In this document: piece after piece, positions 25,061 to 36,490 of the stretch
Position numbering within the stretch: position 1 is the stretch's first letter
How the letters are laid out: each line of letters opens with the position of its first letter
From: Antedon mediterranea
Taxonomy: Eukaryota; Animalia; Echinodermata
NCBI RefSeq assembly: GCF_964355755.1
Contig: NC_092671.1
Location: 38,760,304-38,824,303 of the forward strand
Length of the DNA stretch: 64,000 bases
Direction: 5' to 3'
Notes under the pieces: generated by a model
What the model was told of the DNA's origin: nothing
Seen by the model: the letters and a program-made list of their open reading frames with translations, nothing else
Database searches by the model: none
Translations under genes and position numbers: made by a program

Positions 25061-26464
25061 TTATTTTCCTTTACAGAAATTTATTTCTTGGTGCCACCCA
25101 TCAACTATAAATTTCACCCTATTCTCGTCGAGCTCACGTCCAACATAAAATGTAAAATATTTTTGAATTTCACAAATCTTATGCCATATATTTTCTCCTT
25201 GTAATTTTACGATATACCCTTTACTGTGAACATTGGTAATGTTCAGTTTTTTTAATATAAGTCCCACGTAAGCATCTTCCCACGGTAGGAAACGTACAAA
25301 TGGTGACGTGTATAAAACCTTAGTTGTGACGTCAGTGGACATAAGATATGACGGACCGACAACATAAGGAGCAAACGTTGCTTCTGGGTAATCTTCTTCT
25401 GAAATAAACCACTTGGAATATTTTTTTCTACTTGGTTGCAAAGATGACTGAACATGGCCCTCTACGAAGCCGGTCGTTGGAGACGCAACTAAGTGAGGAA
25501 CCAGCGAAAGGTAGTTGACAATGATATCGCTATCGACTTTGAGCACGAACGTTGCTTCTGGACAAAAGTCTCGAACCCATTGGAAACCTAGTAAAGTCTT
25601 GAGAGTTAGATTCTTATATGTATCTAGGAAGTTTCCTTGCACGATATCTCCAAATTTCTCCGATTCCCTCTGAGTGCGGCGTTGCAGAACTTTATTTTCT
25701 GTTTTTCCGAGTAGAAAGATATGTTGAATACGTTTATTTTTAACAACATTTGCTTTCCCCCAATATTGTCGAACAATTCGTCGGTACCTTTCTTCTGTAT
25801 GTTGGTTAAAAATCATCGTTAAAATAAAAACTTTGCGATCGCCATCACAGGCATATTTATTAGGTATTATATAAGATATGTTAAAATCATTGACTTCATG
25901 AGATGTATACATCGGTTTTGTCTTAGTTATTTTTATTTTGTTATCTTTTCGTCTTATGACGTATACATCACGTGCCACACCTGGTTCATTTGATCTGATT
26001 TTTACAATTGAATCTTCCTTTAAACCTTTAGCAGTTTCTTTTAGTAATCGTTCGATACGTTCTGCAGCGTCCTCTGCCGTTTGGTTGTATTTTACCTGAC
26101 CTGCTTTAATGATAAAAATAGGATCTTCATTTTCGTGAACTTCGTTTTCTTTTTTGTTAGTTAAATCGACGCCATTTTGACGGTTTTCAATTTCTTCAAA
26201 TCTGTCAAAGTGAGGTTTCCATTGTTTAAGCATTCTATCTACGTCTTCAACATTATCTTGTTGGATTCGATGTGCACCTGTGGCCACAGATACAGATTCA
26301 GGTTGCCATGTGCCAAATGTCAAAGTGTCAATTTTGCCGTTTCTACGGTAGAAATTACGTCTTTCTGTTTTGGGTTCTTGTAATCGTTTTACGAAGGTTA
26401 TACATATCGTCAATATGATTAACAAAATAATAAACTTTAAATTTCTCAACAGTTTTCTTTTCAT
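25061..26464 (-). CDS. GT31 beta-1,3-galactosyltransferase-like type II membrane glycosyltransferase, copy 1 (467 aa, single coding exon)
   Basis: N-terminal signal anchor and stem, then FLLG, GDIVQGNFLDTYKNLTLKTL, DxD motif (KVDSD) and WEDAYVG. Confidence 0.92.
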   Translation of the reverse strand: MKRKLLRNLKFIILLIILTICITFVKRLQEPKTERRNFYRRNGKIDTLTFGTWQPESVSVATGAHRIQQDNVEDVDRMLKQWKPHFDRFEEIENRQNGVDLTNKKENEVHENEDPIFIIKAGQVKYNQTAEDAAERIERLLKETAKGLKEDSIVKIRSNEPGVARDVYVIRRKDNKIKITKTKPMYTSHEVNDFNISYIIPNKYACDGDRKVFILTMIFNQHTEERYRRIVRQYWGKANVVKNKRIQHIFLLGKTENKVLQRRTQRESEKFGDIVQGNFLDTYKNLTLKTLLGFQWVRDFCPEATFVLKVDSDIIVNYLSLVPHLVASPTTGFVEGHVQSSLQPSRKKYSKWFISEEDYPEATFAPYVVGPSYLMSTDVTTKVLYTSPFVRFLPWEDAYVGLILKKLNITNVHSKGYIVKLQGENIWHKICEIQKYFTFYVGRELDENRVKFIVDGWHQEINFCKGK

Positions 26465-27940
26465 AATGATGGTTAAAGAATCAGAATACTGAACCTGTAT
26501 AAAGAAAAATAAACACGATTAGTATGATTTACATAAGAGAAGAGAAGAGGAGGTTTGATGGGGTGGTCTCTCTTGACAAACTATAGAACAACTAAACCGC
26601 GAGAGTCGAGTAGTACGATCACCAAATGTTATGCTTGATCATGGATTAAAGAATAGAAGGATATGCATCGACGTGAGATCAAGGGTTCCTTGACTCTCGC
26701 CGACAGACTGCGGACCGCCCACAATGTTACAGTTTAATTAACCGCATGGTAACAACGAAACGGTCGCGTGCCTAATATATTGTTTACTGCACATGTGCAA
26801 CGACATTTAACCTTGTTGGCTACGCTTCTTTCGCGCGTTCTTTGGTTGCATGATGTTTGTAGATGGTCAACTATTGACTATGTTGGTTTCTGCCGTGATT
26901 GATCTACGCTAATGATTTTTTTATGATGATTAAAGTAGCATTTTATGACCTGTAGTAGCCCTACATCTGAGACAATAACTATTAGTTGTCTCATTTGTTG
27001 TAAAATTACAAGAATGCTAGCCTAGCTAGGCCTTGTACTAACTAGGCTAAACTGGGCTAGTAAACCCTATGATTTGCCGACATTGATACTGCCTAGGTAG
27101 GCCTAGGCTAATCTTAAATACTCACCGTTGTCTTACTTCTTGTGTGAATAATAATAGGTAGGCCTACTTCGTTTGTTCGTGATCAAGTTTGCCCTGCGTG
27201 TACTTTTCAAAACGACCGCTAGGTAACGAATCGCAACTATACATAGCCAGCCAATCCCGGATCAGGGATCGCTGTTTTCATTCAATTAGGCCCGGTGATG
27301 TGGATGACATAACCACTAGCCAATCACCAGGCACTACAGTTTAAATATAATCACATCGATAATTAAGGAGATTTATGAAGAAACCACTGCTTAGCCATAT
27401 ATTAAAAAACACGATTGGTGTATGTCTGAACACCGGCCACGCTAACAACATACATGGTCAAATGCATAATTTAATATTCTATAGATTAACGCAATTTTTA
27501 ATGACAGAAGATGGCAGGCAAATAATGATAATTCAAATATAAAAATTGCATATTTTATTAATATTACCAACTACTTAAAATTACCAGTCGTAAGAAAGTG
27601 AACTTTTCGTAGTCCGATTGTGATGAAACTAAAACAGAATTATTCAGCAATATATGTTTGTTATCAATTAATCATCGACGCAGACATGTCAATAGAACAT
27701 TCAGACTGCGCATACGATTTCTACATGGTTACGTTTTGGTCTCAAAAAATGTAACAGTTGATTCGCAGCGTTTTACAGAGGGCCGCGGTTAGAGACACGG
27801 AGTTCAATGAACGTGTTTGTTTGATTGGCAGCAGTGCTTTAGTATAGGCAAGCGCGTTGTAAAATCGTTTGATGTCACCGTCGATGCATATCCTTCTATT
27901 CTTTAATCCATGGCTTGATTGATCATATCACGTAGGCCTT

Positions 27941-28101
27941 AAGCCTTGTCTACACTATCAAACTTTATGGGACAGAAAATGTGATGTGCCCATATATTAT
28001 TATGGACATGATGATGTCATATCACTACCATATTCAGGCATATCACTACCATATTTGAGCGCGTCAAACTTTTTGTTTGTCAAACTAGTGTAGACAGAGC
28101 T
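27941..28101. mobile_element. MITE family A copy
   Basis: Same TIRs. Confidence 0.75.
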
Positions 28102-28915
28102 TTATATAATAACATGAATGGTGTAATGGTCGATCTATGAAGTAGTTTACAATCAATGTTGTTCATCAGAAAATGTATGTGTGTGAAAAAGCAGTTTATG
28201 CCGCTATACGCCCCTTCTCGCTCATAGGCCTATCAATGTCAGTAATCATTAAGGATGTTTTTTGTTCAATCATCTATTCATTTCACAACAAATCCATGAT
28301 CTATATGAAATCAGTGCAACTTTTGTGATGTTTGAGATTAACTATATATCATATGATAAAGTAAATCTAAGCAATTGTTTATGCCGCTAACTGACATTGA
28401 TAGGCCTCCTCCCACTCAACCAATGTTTGGTTTAATTATCTATTCACTTGACAACAAATATATAATCTATATGAAATAATTAAAACGCGTTTATGATTAC
28501 TAATAATTAAAAAAAAAACAACTTACAAAATCGAGTCATAACTTAACTATCATTTCTCAGCGAACTAAAACCGTCCTATGAAACTCGCCACTCCATTACT
28601 AGCATAACTAGCATACAACTTATTGATTAGGCTACTCTATTGAGTATGGCGGACACGTTACAAAACAATTATAGGTGTAATACTCTTTTCTAAATCTCAA
28701 TTCTATAGTATTTTTGTTATTATTGCACAAAATCGATCAATTGTTTTTCCACATGACTGCGCATGGATTGTAACCCAGTGTTTGAATACTCCATTTTTGG
28801 GGGGAAAAAAATAATGCAGAAAATTGTAACTTAAACGTACACATAGGCTAAACGTAATTTATTTTCTCAAATTGTTATTTTTTTCGCTGCGTTGACTAGT
28901 AAGGAGCCAAGATTT

Positions 28916-29435
28916 TTAGCTGTCGATTAGTGGGAACCAAGCTTTATCAGTCGACTAGTGGGAACCAAGCTTTAGCAGTCGACTAGTGGGAACCAAGCTT
29001 TAGCAGTCGACTAGTGGGAACCAAGCTTTAGCAGTCGACTAGTGGAAACCAAGCTTTAGCAGTCGACTAGTGGGAACCAAGCTTTAGCAGTCGACTAGTG
29101 GGAACCAAGCTTTATCAGTCGACTAGTGGGAACCAAGCTTTAGCAGTCGACTAGTGGGAACCAAGCTTTAGCAGTCGACTAGTGGAAACCAAGCTTTACC
29201 CGTCGACTAGTGGGAACCAAGCTTTATAACTATCGACTAGTGGGAAGCAGGGTTTAGCTATAGACAAGTGGGAACCAACATTTAGCTTAGACTAGTGGGA
29301 ACCAAGCTTTAGCTGTTTTCGCTTTGTCGATTAGTGGGAACCGAGCTTTAACTGTTTTCGCTTTGTCGATTAGTGGGAACCAAGCTTTAGCTGTCAACTA
29401 GTGGGAACCAAGCTTTAGCTGTCGACTAGTGGGAA
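28916..29435. repeat. 28-bp minisatellite, ~18 copies, derived from the MITE family B terminus
   Basis: Unit TCGACTAGTGGGAACCAAGCTTTAGCAG. Confidence 0.93.
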
Positions 29436-29974
29436 GATTATATATTTATAAAATTATTTTAAAATTGCAATTGTTGAACAATCATATTGCCATTTTCCCC
29501 AGATGTCCTTGTTTTTATTATCTTAGCCCTTTAGTAATAACATTTCTATTATCATTGACGCCATATTGATTAACACAACAATCCTTGTTCACAAGTCATG
29601 ATAGGCAAATCCCTTTATTGATTTCATTTAGTTTTTATAATACAAATAAACTTAAACTAAAAGTTAATGAAAGTAGGCACAAAAATGCACATACAATCTG
29701 TATATGTATGTTTTGGTTTTATTTAATTTTGGACTTTTCCATTTATGTGATCACTTTCATTTGTGTGTTCCTAAAAGTCTTTTATTTCCGAAATAGATAG
29801 ATACAATAGATGCAGTTAGTAAGTAGTGTTTATTTTATAAATATAATGCTAATTTCCTTTAATTATTTATCTGATAATTTTTATTTTATTTCAGTGAATT
29901 TCCCTCCCTATAAATTTTCATCTACCTAAAATAAAAATGGAATAATCCCAAGCGCAAACGTAGTAACGTAAAGG

Positions 29975-30785
29975 TTTTATTTTTTTTTATATTTTTTTTT
30001 ATTTCATCATCACCCTACAGTGACCAAACGTCACCATTAACAGGGTTGAAAGTCGTAAAATATAACATATTATATACAAGCAAAAATCAATAGATAACAA
30101 GACAACATTTAAATATTACTGACATTAGACAAAACCTTGTGACGGAAACAAGCAAGGGAATCAAAAAAAATATCAACAGATCCATCAATTTTACATAGTG
30201 AGTGGTATAACTTAGGCAAACGATTATCAAAACCATTTTTAGTAATATTTACCCTCCCTCTTGATATAGAAAATAAAGCAGGATTACGCAATTGATATTG
30301 TGGAACAGAAATAGGAAAGTACACTTCAAAATTACCATGGAAAATTGAGTTCACAGCCTTAAAAAGAAAAATTAAATCAAATAACTTACGCCTACCCGCT
30401 AAATTAATAAGAACGTCTTTGCTAATAGAACCAAATTTACGCACATAAAATCGACAAAACTTGTTCTGTACACTTTGTAATCTAGAAGACTGGGCAAGAG
30501 AAATAGAGTTAAAAATAACACTGCAGAATTCAAGATTCGACCTAACTAAAGATTTGTATAAAATAACTAATGCCTTTTTATCGTTAATATGTCTGCAATG
30601 TCTCCAAAGAAAACCCAAAAGTCTATTGCATTTAGAGACTATAAAATCAATATGTTTACAGAAGGTTAATGAACTATCTAAAAAAATACCAAGGTCTTTG
30701 TGAACAGAGACTCTTTCAAGTATAATATTCTTAATATAAAAGTCAAAATAGATGGTTTTTTTCTTAAGAGTAAAAGCCATTATCA
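29975..30785 (-). mobile_element. 5'-truncated LINE (CR1/L2/Jockey-like RT C-terminal region) with A-rich tail
   Basis: KDLGIFLDSSLTF..HID.IVSK.NR.LGFL.R...LYKSLVRSNLEFCS motif; poly-T on the + strand at 29975-30004 is the A-rich tail. Confidence 0.85.
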
Positions 30786-31267
30786 ATTTAGAGGGCGCAA
30801 TTATATTAGTACCGAAGCTAATAGAATTGTAATGACCTTGAAACTGAATTAGCATGTGACAACTCGTATGTCTTATTCTATTTTAGGAACTTTCGTTATC
30901 AACATAAAGATTTGTTGAGCACTTTTTGTAAATTATTCGAATAGAAAACGTTAACAACGCAAGCTTTTTCGATAGAACAATCTCAACGCTCAAAATACTC
31001 CGTTAAATACCGTGAGTACGGTATACTAAACGGAAAAACTATACTCAACTGTAAAACTCTCAATCGGAATACGACAGTTATCACCATCAATATAAAATTA
31101 CTATGATAAGAAAGACTTTAAAAAAAAAAGTATTTTAATAATATACAGTAAAATGCATTAAGTCCCGTAAACTAATGTGTGTTGGAAGAGAAGAACTATG
31201 GTATTAATGTATTAGGCACAGTCTATATGATTTACATGGATCAGCATGATGTTGAATACACATAATG

Positions 31268-32587
31268 TTAGTGTAGGCCTAAGTAACTACAGAAGTTCTC
31301 TTTCATGCGCCACGCACTAACAATAGATTTTATCCTTGCGTCACTAATTCTACGTTCTACGAGAAATGTAAAATGCTTTCGTATTTGACATATACGACTC
31401 ATTACACCTATATTCTCTATACTGTACATATAGCTGTTACTGTGTTTTATTTCTATCTTTAACTTATATAGTATTAACCCCACGTAAACGTCTTCCCATG
31501 GCATAAAACGAACAAATGGCGCTGTCTGTAAAATGTTTGTGCTGACGTCAGACGACATGAGGTATGACGGTCCTGCAGCGTACGGCGCGTATGTTGACTC
31601 CGGGTACAATTCTTCAGGCGTATACCAACGTCTATACTTGTTCCGTACTGGTTGCGCAGACGTGTGATGCCCTTCGACGAACGAAGCGGTCGGAGATTCA
31701 ACGAGATGAGGTACCAACGAACGGTAGTTGACAAGTATATCACTGTCGATCTTCAACACAAATGTTGTATTTTGACAGAAATCTCGGATCCACTGAAATC
31801 CGAACAAAGTTTTTAAAGTTAGATTGAGATACGAATCTTCAAAATTTCCTTGCACAATATCTCCAAATATCTGCGATTCTTTTTCAGTTTCTTGTTGACG
31901 AGTTTCATTTCGTATTTTTCCCAGAAGAAAAATATGCTGAATTCGTTTACCATTCACAACTTTTTCTTGCCCCCAATATTCGCGAAGAATACGCCGCCAT
32001 TTTGTCTCTTTATGTTGAACTAAGACCATTGTTAAAATAAATACTTTATCGCCATTACAAGCATTTTTGTTTGCTATAATATAAGATACGTTGTAATTAT
32101 TAACTGGCTTGTCTGAGTATATTGGGATTGTCTTGGTAATTTTGACTCCTTTACCAACGCGCCGTATTATGTAAACATGGTTTTTGCTCCTTTTAATTCT
32201 AACACCGCTTTCTTTGAAATGTTCCACTTCTTGCAGTAAATTGTCAAATACTTCAAATGTGTCATTTTCTGTGATTTGTTTATTATTGAAATGTAGACTG
32301 CTTCGATTGTTGTTGGTGTTCTCTACTATGTTAACATGTTCAAGTTCGTTTCGTTCTAATTGTAGTCCTACTTCCCTGACAACTTCTTTATGCATTTTAA
32401 ACGTGGAACCATTAGAAGCTGCAAGTTCTGAACTGTTAGAATTATCCATGTTAGGTAATTTTCTACCAGTCCAGTCAACTTTCTTTTTATATAAATATTT
32501 CTCGTTCAGTCTCAGTAATTCTGTTATAGTGAATGTTAATATTACTAGTAAAACGATGTATTTCGAGTGTCGAAACAACTTTCTCAT
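31268..32587 (-). CDS. GT31 beta-1,3-galactosyltransferase-like glycosyltransferase, copy 2 (439 aa)
   Basis: Signal anchor, GDIVQGNFEDSYLNLTLKT, KIDSD and WEDVYVG; paralog of copies 1 and 3. Confidence 0.92.
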   Translation of the reverse strand: MRKLFRHSKYIVLLVILTFTITELLRLNEKYLYKKKVDWTGRKLPNMDNSNSSELAASNGSTFKMHKEVVREVGLQLERNELEHVNIVENTNNNRSSLHFNNKQITENDTFEVFDNLLQEVEHFKESGVRIKRSKNHVYIIRRVGKGVKITKTIPIYSDKPVNNYNVSYIIANKNACNGDKVFILTMVLVQHKETKWRRILREYWGQEKVVNGKRIQHIFLLGKIRNETRQQETEKESQIFGDIVQGNFEDSYLNLTLKTLFGFQWIRDFCQNTTFVLKIDSDILVNYRSLVPHLVESPTASFVEGHHTSAQPVRNKYRRWYTPEELYPESTYAPYAAGPSYLMSSDVSTNILQTAPFVRFMPWEDVYVGLILYKLKIEIKHSNSYMYSIENIGVMSRICQIRKHFTFLVERRISDARIKSIVSAWRMKENFCSYLGLH

Positions 32588-32677
32588 TTTAGATTTGCGT
32601 TTAAATAATTATCTATCTTTTAAAATTCAGTGACATCTGTAAAACAAGAAAATATACCTCCTTATAATTAATGTGTA

Positions 32678-32830
32678 AAACTCTACACTATCAAACTAGT
32701 TTGAAAAGTGTGACGTACCCAAATATGGTAGTGATATGCTAAAATATGGTAGTGATGTGACATCATAATGTCTATATATGGGCACATCACACTTTTTATC
32801 ACATAAAGTTCGATAGTGTAGACAAGGCTT
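32678..32830. mobile_element. MITE family A copy just upstream of the GT31 copy 2 coding exon
   Basis: Same TIRs. Confidence 0.7.
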
Positions 32831-33524
32831 TAAAATAACTCTATAACAACCGATATTCTTTTTCCATTTTATTTATGATTTATGACCCTCTTCGGGTATG
32901 AGATTTACAATTGAAAAGATACATTAAAGAGAACATTAACAAAACTCCTTATAAAACATTAAGGAGAAAATATATAATGAATAAATGCCGGAATAGAAGG
33001 AACGCACGTTATTGAACGCAGATAACACAATATAAAACGCAAATGTTCAGTTACGCGTTGTTCCCACTATTGCTCTGGATCGGAACGGACACATTTAAAT
33101 AAAAAGAACGATAAGCTAATTGTCCGGCCGCCGTTAACACATCAAATCTAAGTGAACTACATTACAATACTTAAATCTCATACCTCATGGTAACGTTCTT
33201 CTTAACCTTCGAGTTTACATCTCAAGTATAAAGTCAACCTATTTTCTGCAGTACTGGTACCAAATAAACAATTACTTCAATAATAAATACCTATTGAAAT
33301 GTATTGCCACGTTAGTTGGACATGACCTTAAAGCTATTGATCCTAATTAATAGCCGTTGAAACAATTGTCACGTTAATCACATATGACCATATTTATTGA
33401 TCGAAATTAATTTAGTTAAGAGAAATATTTTACAAAAACAATTTTAGGTGAAATCTCTTTGTATACGGATATGTTATTATAGTTGATCATGTCACTAAAA
33501 TCTATAGAATATCAATGCTACGTG

Positions 33525-33890
33525 CTAGGGTTTCCGGACCGCGATATTTCTTTTCGTACATAAGTTGGGGACCCCTCGTGAAACGTCAGAAAATAAACAT
33601 GAATATTCATTAGTCATATATCCATAAGGTCTGACGTAAGAATTGAGCTAACTACAATTCGCTAATGCAAACGATTTCTGTCGAGCCGTCTGTGTAGTCG
33701 AGTGGATACGACTATGGAGTTTACATGTCGATGTATGGGATTCGAATCACATGAGCTACTTCTTTTACTTTATAGTGAGGAGAGATTATTTAGAGGCTTA
33801 GATTTAGTTATATTTAGGAAGTAGTTCGGCTATCTTTCACATGGCGTCCCCAACTTATGTACGAAAAAAAAAATCGCTTCCGGACCAGTG
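33525..33890. mobile_element. Foldback/MITE-like element with ~55-bp TIRs enclosing a tRNA-like SINE head
   Basis: TTCGTACATAAGTTGGGGAC (about 33552) is inverted at about 33846. Internal GTAGTCGAGTGG...GGATTCGAATC resembles Pol III A/B boxes. Confidence 0.55.
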
Positions 33891-34337
33891 TGCTCTGGTA
33901 GAACCATGTTGACCAGTGAAACATTGAGTGTGTTTTCTTTTTCGTTGTTGACATATTTAGATAGAATTTACATAGAACAATCGTAGACCATATGCCAGCC
34001 ACTAAATGTATACAGAGTTAGGCATATGACAACATTTTCAACAACAACTCAGTGATGTATTGCTGATATTACTAAATAATGTGGAACAGTCTAATCATAA
34101 AATCTAGTAAATATAGAAGGCATGTAAACAACCGAATTAGGGTTAAGTTCCCACTTTAATGCAAACGCAAGAACGAATTATTTGGACCAATCACGACGCG
34201 ATGGCTCATTCGCGAACTGTCGCTTGTGATTGGTCAACCCTCTTTGCGTTGCATACAAGTGGAAAGTTCTTCTGAGAATTTGCATGTATTTTTTGTCAGA
34301 TAGACAAAACATATTGTGATTGTGTCCAGGCGTAGGC

Positions 34338-34532
34338 CAGTAGCGTAACGTAGATACCCGAGGCCTCTGGTTTAGGAACCGTAGTGGCCCTCCCAACGCG
34401 GAGGCCTCGGGCTATTTTAGCCTTTTTCGACATATTTTAATGCCAATTTTCCTCTGGGCACTGTTCAGGGGCCCCATGAGCTCAGGGGCCCCTGGGTTTA
34501 GCCAGTGAGCGCTCATAGCCGTTACGCCACTG
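34338..34532. mobile_element. hAT-type MITE with perfect 8-bp target-site duplication
   Basis: TIR CAGTAGCGTAAC / GTTACGCCACTG, flanked on both sides by GCGTAGGC (34330-34337 and 34533-34540). Confidence 0.85.
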
Positions 34533-34570
34533 GCGTAGGCATATGCCTTAAAGGTGACTAACGTAAGTTA

Positions 34571-36124
34571 TTAAGATGGACCGCATACATCCTTTTCCAT
34601 CTTCCACGTACTGATAATAGTCTTCAGATGGTCCTTACTAATATCACGTTTTACAAGAAATGTAAAATGCTTTCGAACTTTACAAATTGACATTTCACTT
34701 TTTTCTGTTAACTTATATATATAACTGTTACTGTGTTTTATTTTTATATGTCGAGTTAATCTATTCAGTATTAGTCCTATATAAACATCTTCCCAGGGCA
34801 TAAAACGAACAAATGGCGCTGTTTTTAAAATGTTTGTGCTGACGTCAGACGACATTAGGTATGACGATCCAATAACATACGGCGCGTAGCTTGGCTCGGG
34901 GAACAATTCTTCCGGTGTGTACCACTTACTAGTGTTGTGTCGAAATGGTAGCGTAGAAACTATTTTACGACCTTCGACGAACGAAGTGGTCGGAGATTCA
35001 ACGAGATGAGGTACCAACGAACGGTAGTTGACGAGTATATCGCTGTCGATCTTCAACACAAATGTTGTATTTTGACAGAAATCTCGGATCCACTGAAATC
35101 CAAACAAAGTTTTTAAAGTTAGATTGAGATACGAATCTTCAAATTTTCCTTGCACAATATCCCCAAATATTTGCGATTCTTTATCAGTTTCCTTTTGACG
35201 AGTTTCATTTCTTATTTTTCCCAGGAGAAAGATATGCTGAATTCGTTTACCATTCACGACTGTATCTTGTCCCCAATATTCACGAAGAATACGCCGCCAT
35301 TTTGTCTCTTTATGTTGAACTAAGACCATTGTTAAAATAAATACTTTATCGCCATTACAAGCATTTTTGTTTGCTATAATATAAGATACATTGTAATTAT
35401 TAACTGGCTTGTCTGAGTATAATGGGATTGTTTTTGTAATTTTTGACCCATTGACCTGACGTCTTATTATGTACTAGTTCCGGTCATTTCTGCCGCGTCT
35501 AACTCTCACCGTGTTTTCTTTGAAACGTTCCATTAATCGAACTATGTCATCAAAATTTTCAGGTAAAGTTTTTTTGTTTTCTGTGATCGTTTTACTTTTT
35601 TTAATTTCTTTATTTTCTGAGATTGCTTTATTGTCTGTGATCGCTTTATTCTCTGTGATCGTTTTATTTTCCGAGATCGCTTTATTGTCTGTGATCGCTT
35701 TATTTTTTGTGCTCGCTTTATTTTTTGTGATCGCTTTATTTTTTGTGATCGCTTTATTCTCTGTGATCGTTTTATTTTCCGAGATCGCTTTATTGTCTGT
35801 GATCGCTTTATTTTTTGTGATCGTTTTAGTGGTGTTTACGTCTACATTATTGCTTCGCGTGGTGTTAATGTTTGATACATTAATGCCATTTACTTCATTT
35901 TGTTCCAAATCCCTCACAACTTCTTTATGAATCTGGAACGTGAAATCACCAGGCAGTTCTAAACTGTTAAAATTGCTTTCAAACACGTCGGATATTTTAT
36001 TCAAATTTCTACTTCTGTCGAATTTCTGTTCTTGTTTCTCGTTTAGTACCAGCATTGTTTCTATTAATAATTTGAATATAACCAAAACAATAAGGTATTT
36101 CGAGTATCGAATTATTTTTCTCAT
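34571..36124 (-). pseudogene. GT31 glycosyltransferase copy 3 interrupted by a single in-frame TAG (35474-35476); null allele, pseudogene or base error
   Basis: ORFs 35474..36124 and 34571..35329 share a frame. Across the stop it reads RNDRN*YIIRRQVNGSKITKTIPLYSDKPVNNYNVSY, colinear with copy 2 (KNHVYIIRRVGKGVKITKTIPIYSDKPVNNYNVSY). No other lesion seen. Confidence 0.75.
35570..35830 (-). repeat. 18-bp coding repeat (NKAIT[K/D/E]) in the stem of GT31 copy 3
   Basis: About 13-14 hexapeptide units in ORF 35474..36124. Confidence 0.9.
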
Positions 36125-36323
36125 TTTGAATTTTAGGGCTTTCAGTCAAATGTCACGCCAAGGAGTCCATTGCAAAGATCGTGTCTGAAAAAACAAATGC
36201 GTTAAATTATGATCCAAAGATGAGATCGACTAACCTTAGAAATTCCTATCTTCACACCGCAATGCTGCTATCACATGAAAACATTTTCATGAAACTCGTT
36301 CACAATTATGGCAAGTTCTTCTA

Positions 36324-36490
36324 AAGCTCTGTCTACACTATCAAACTAGGTGTGATGTGCCCAAATATGGTAGTGATGTGCCCAAATATGGTAGTGATGT
36401 GCCCAAATATGGTAGTGATATGACATCATCATGTCCATGGGTACATCACATTTTTTTTTCACATAAGGTTTGATAGTGTATACAGTGCTT
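36324..36490. mobile_element. MITE family A copy just upstream of the GT31 copy 3 coding exon
   Basis: Same TIRs; internal unit GTGCCCAAATATGGTAGTGAT present three times. Confidence 0.75.

Noticed and set aside
28916-29435. CRISPR-like array or cloning polylinker (SalI, SpeI and HindIII sites in each unit)
   Set aside because: Units are contiguous with no unique spacers, there are no cas genes, and the context is eukaryotic. The unit matches an endogenous MITE end and degenerates at the edges.
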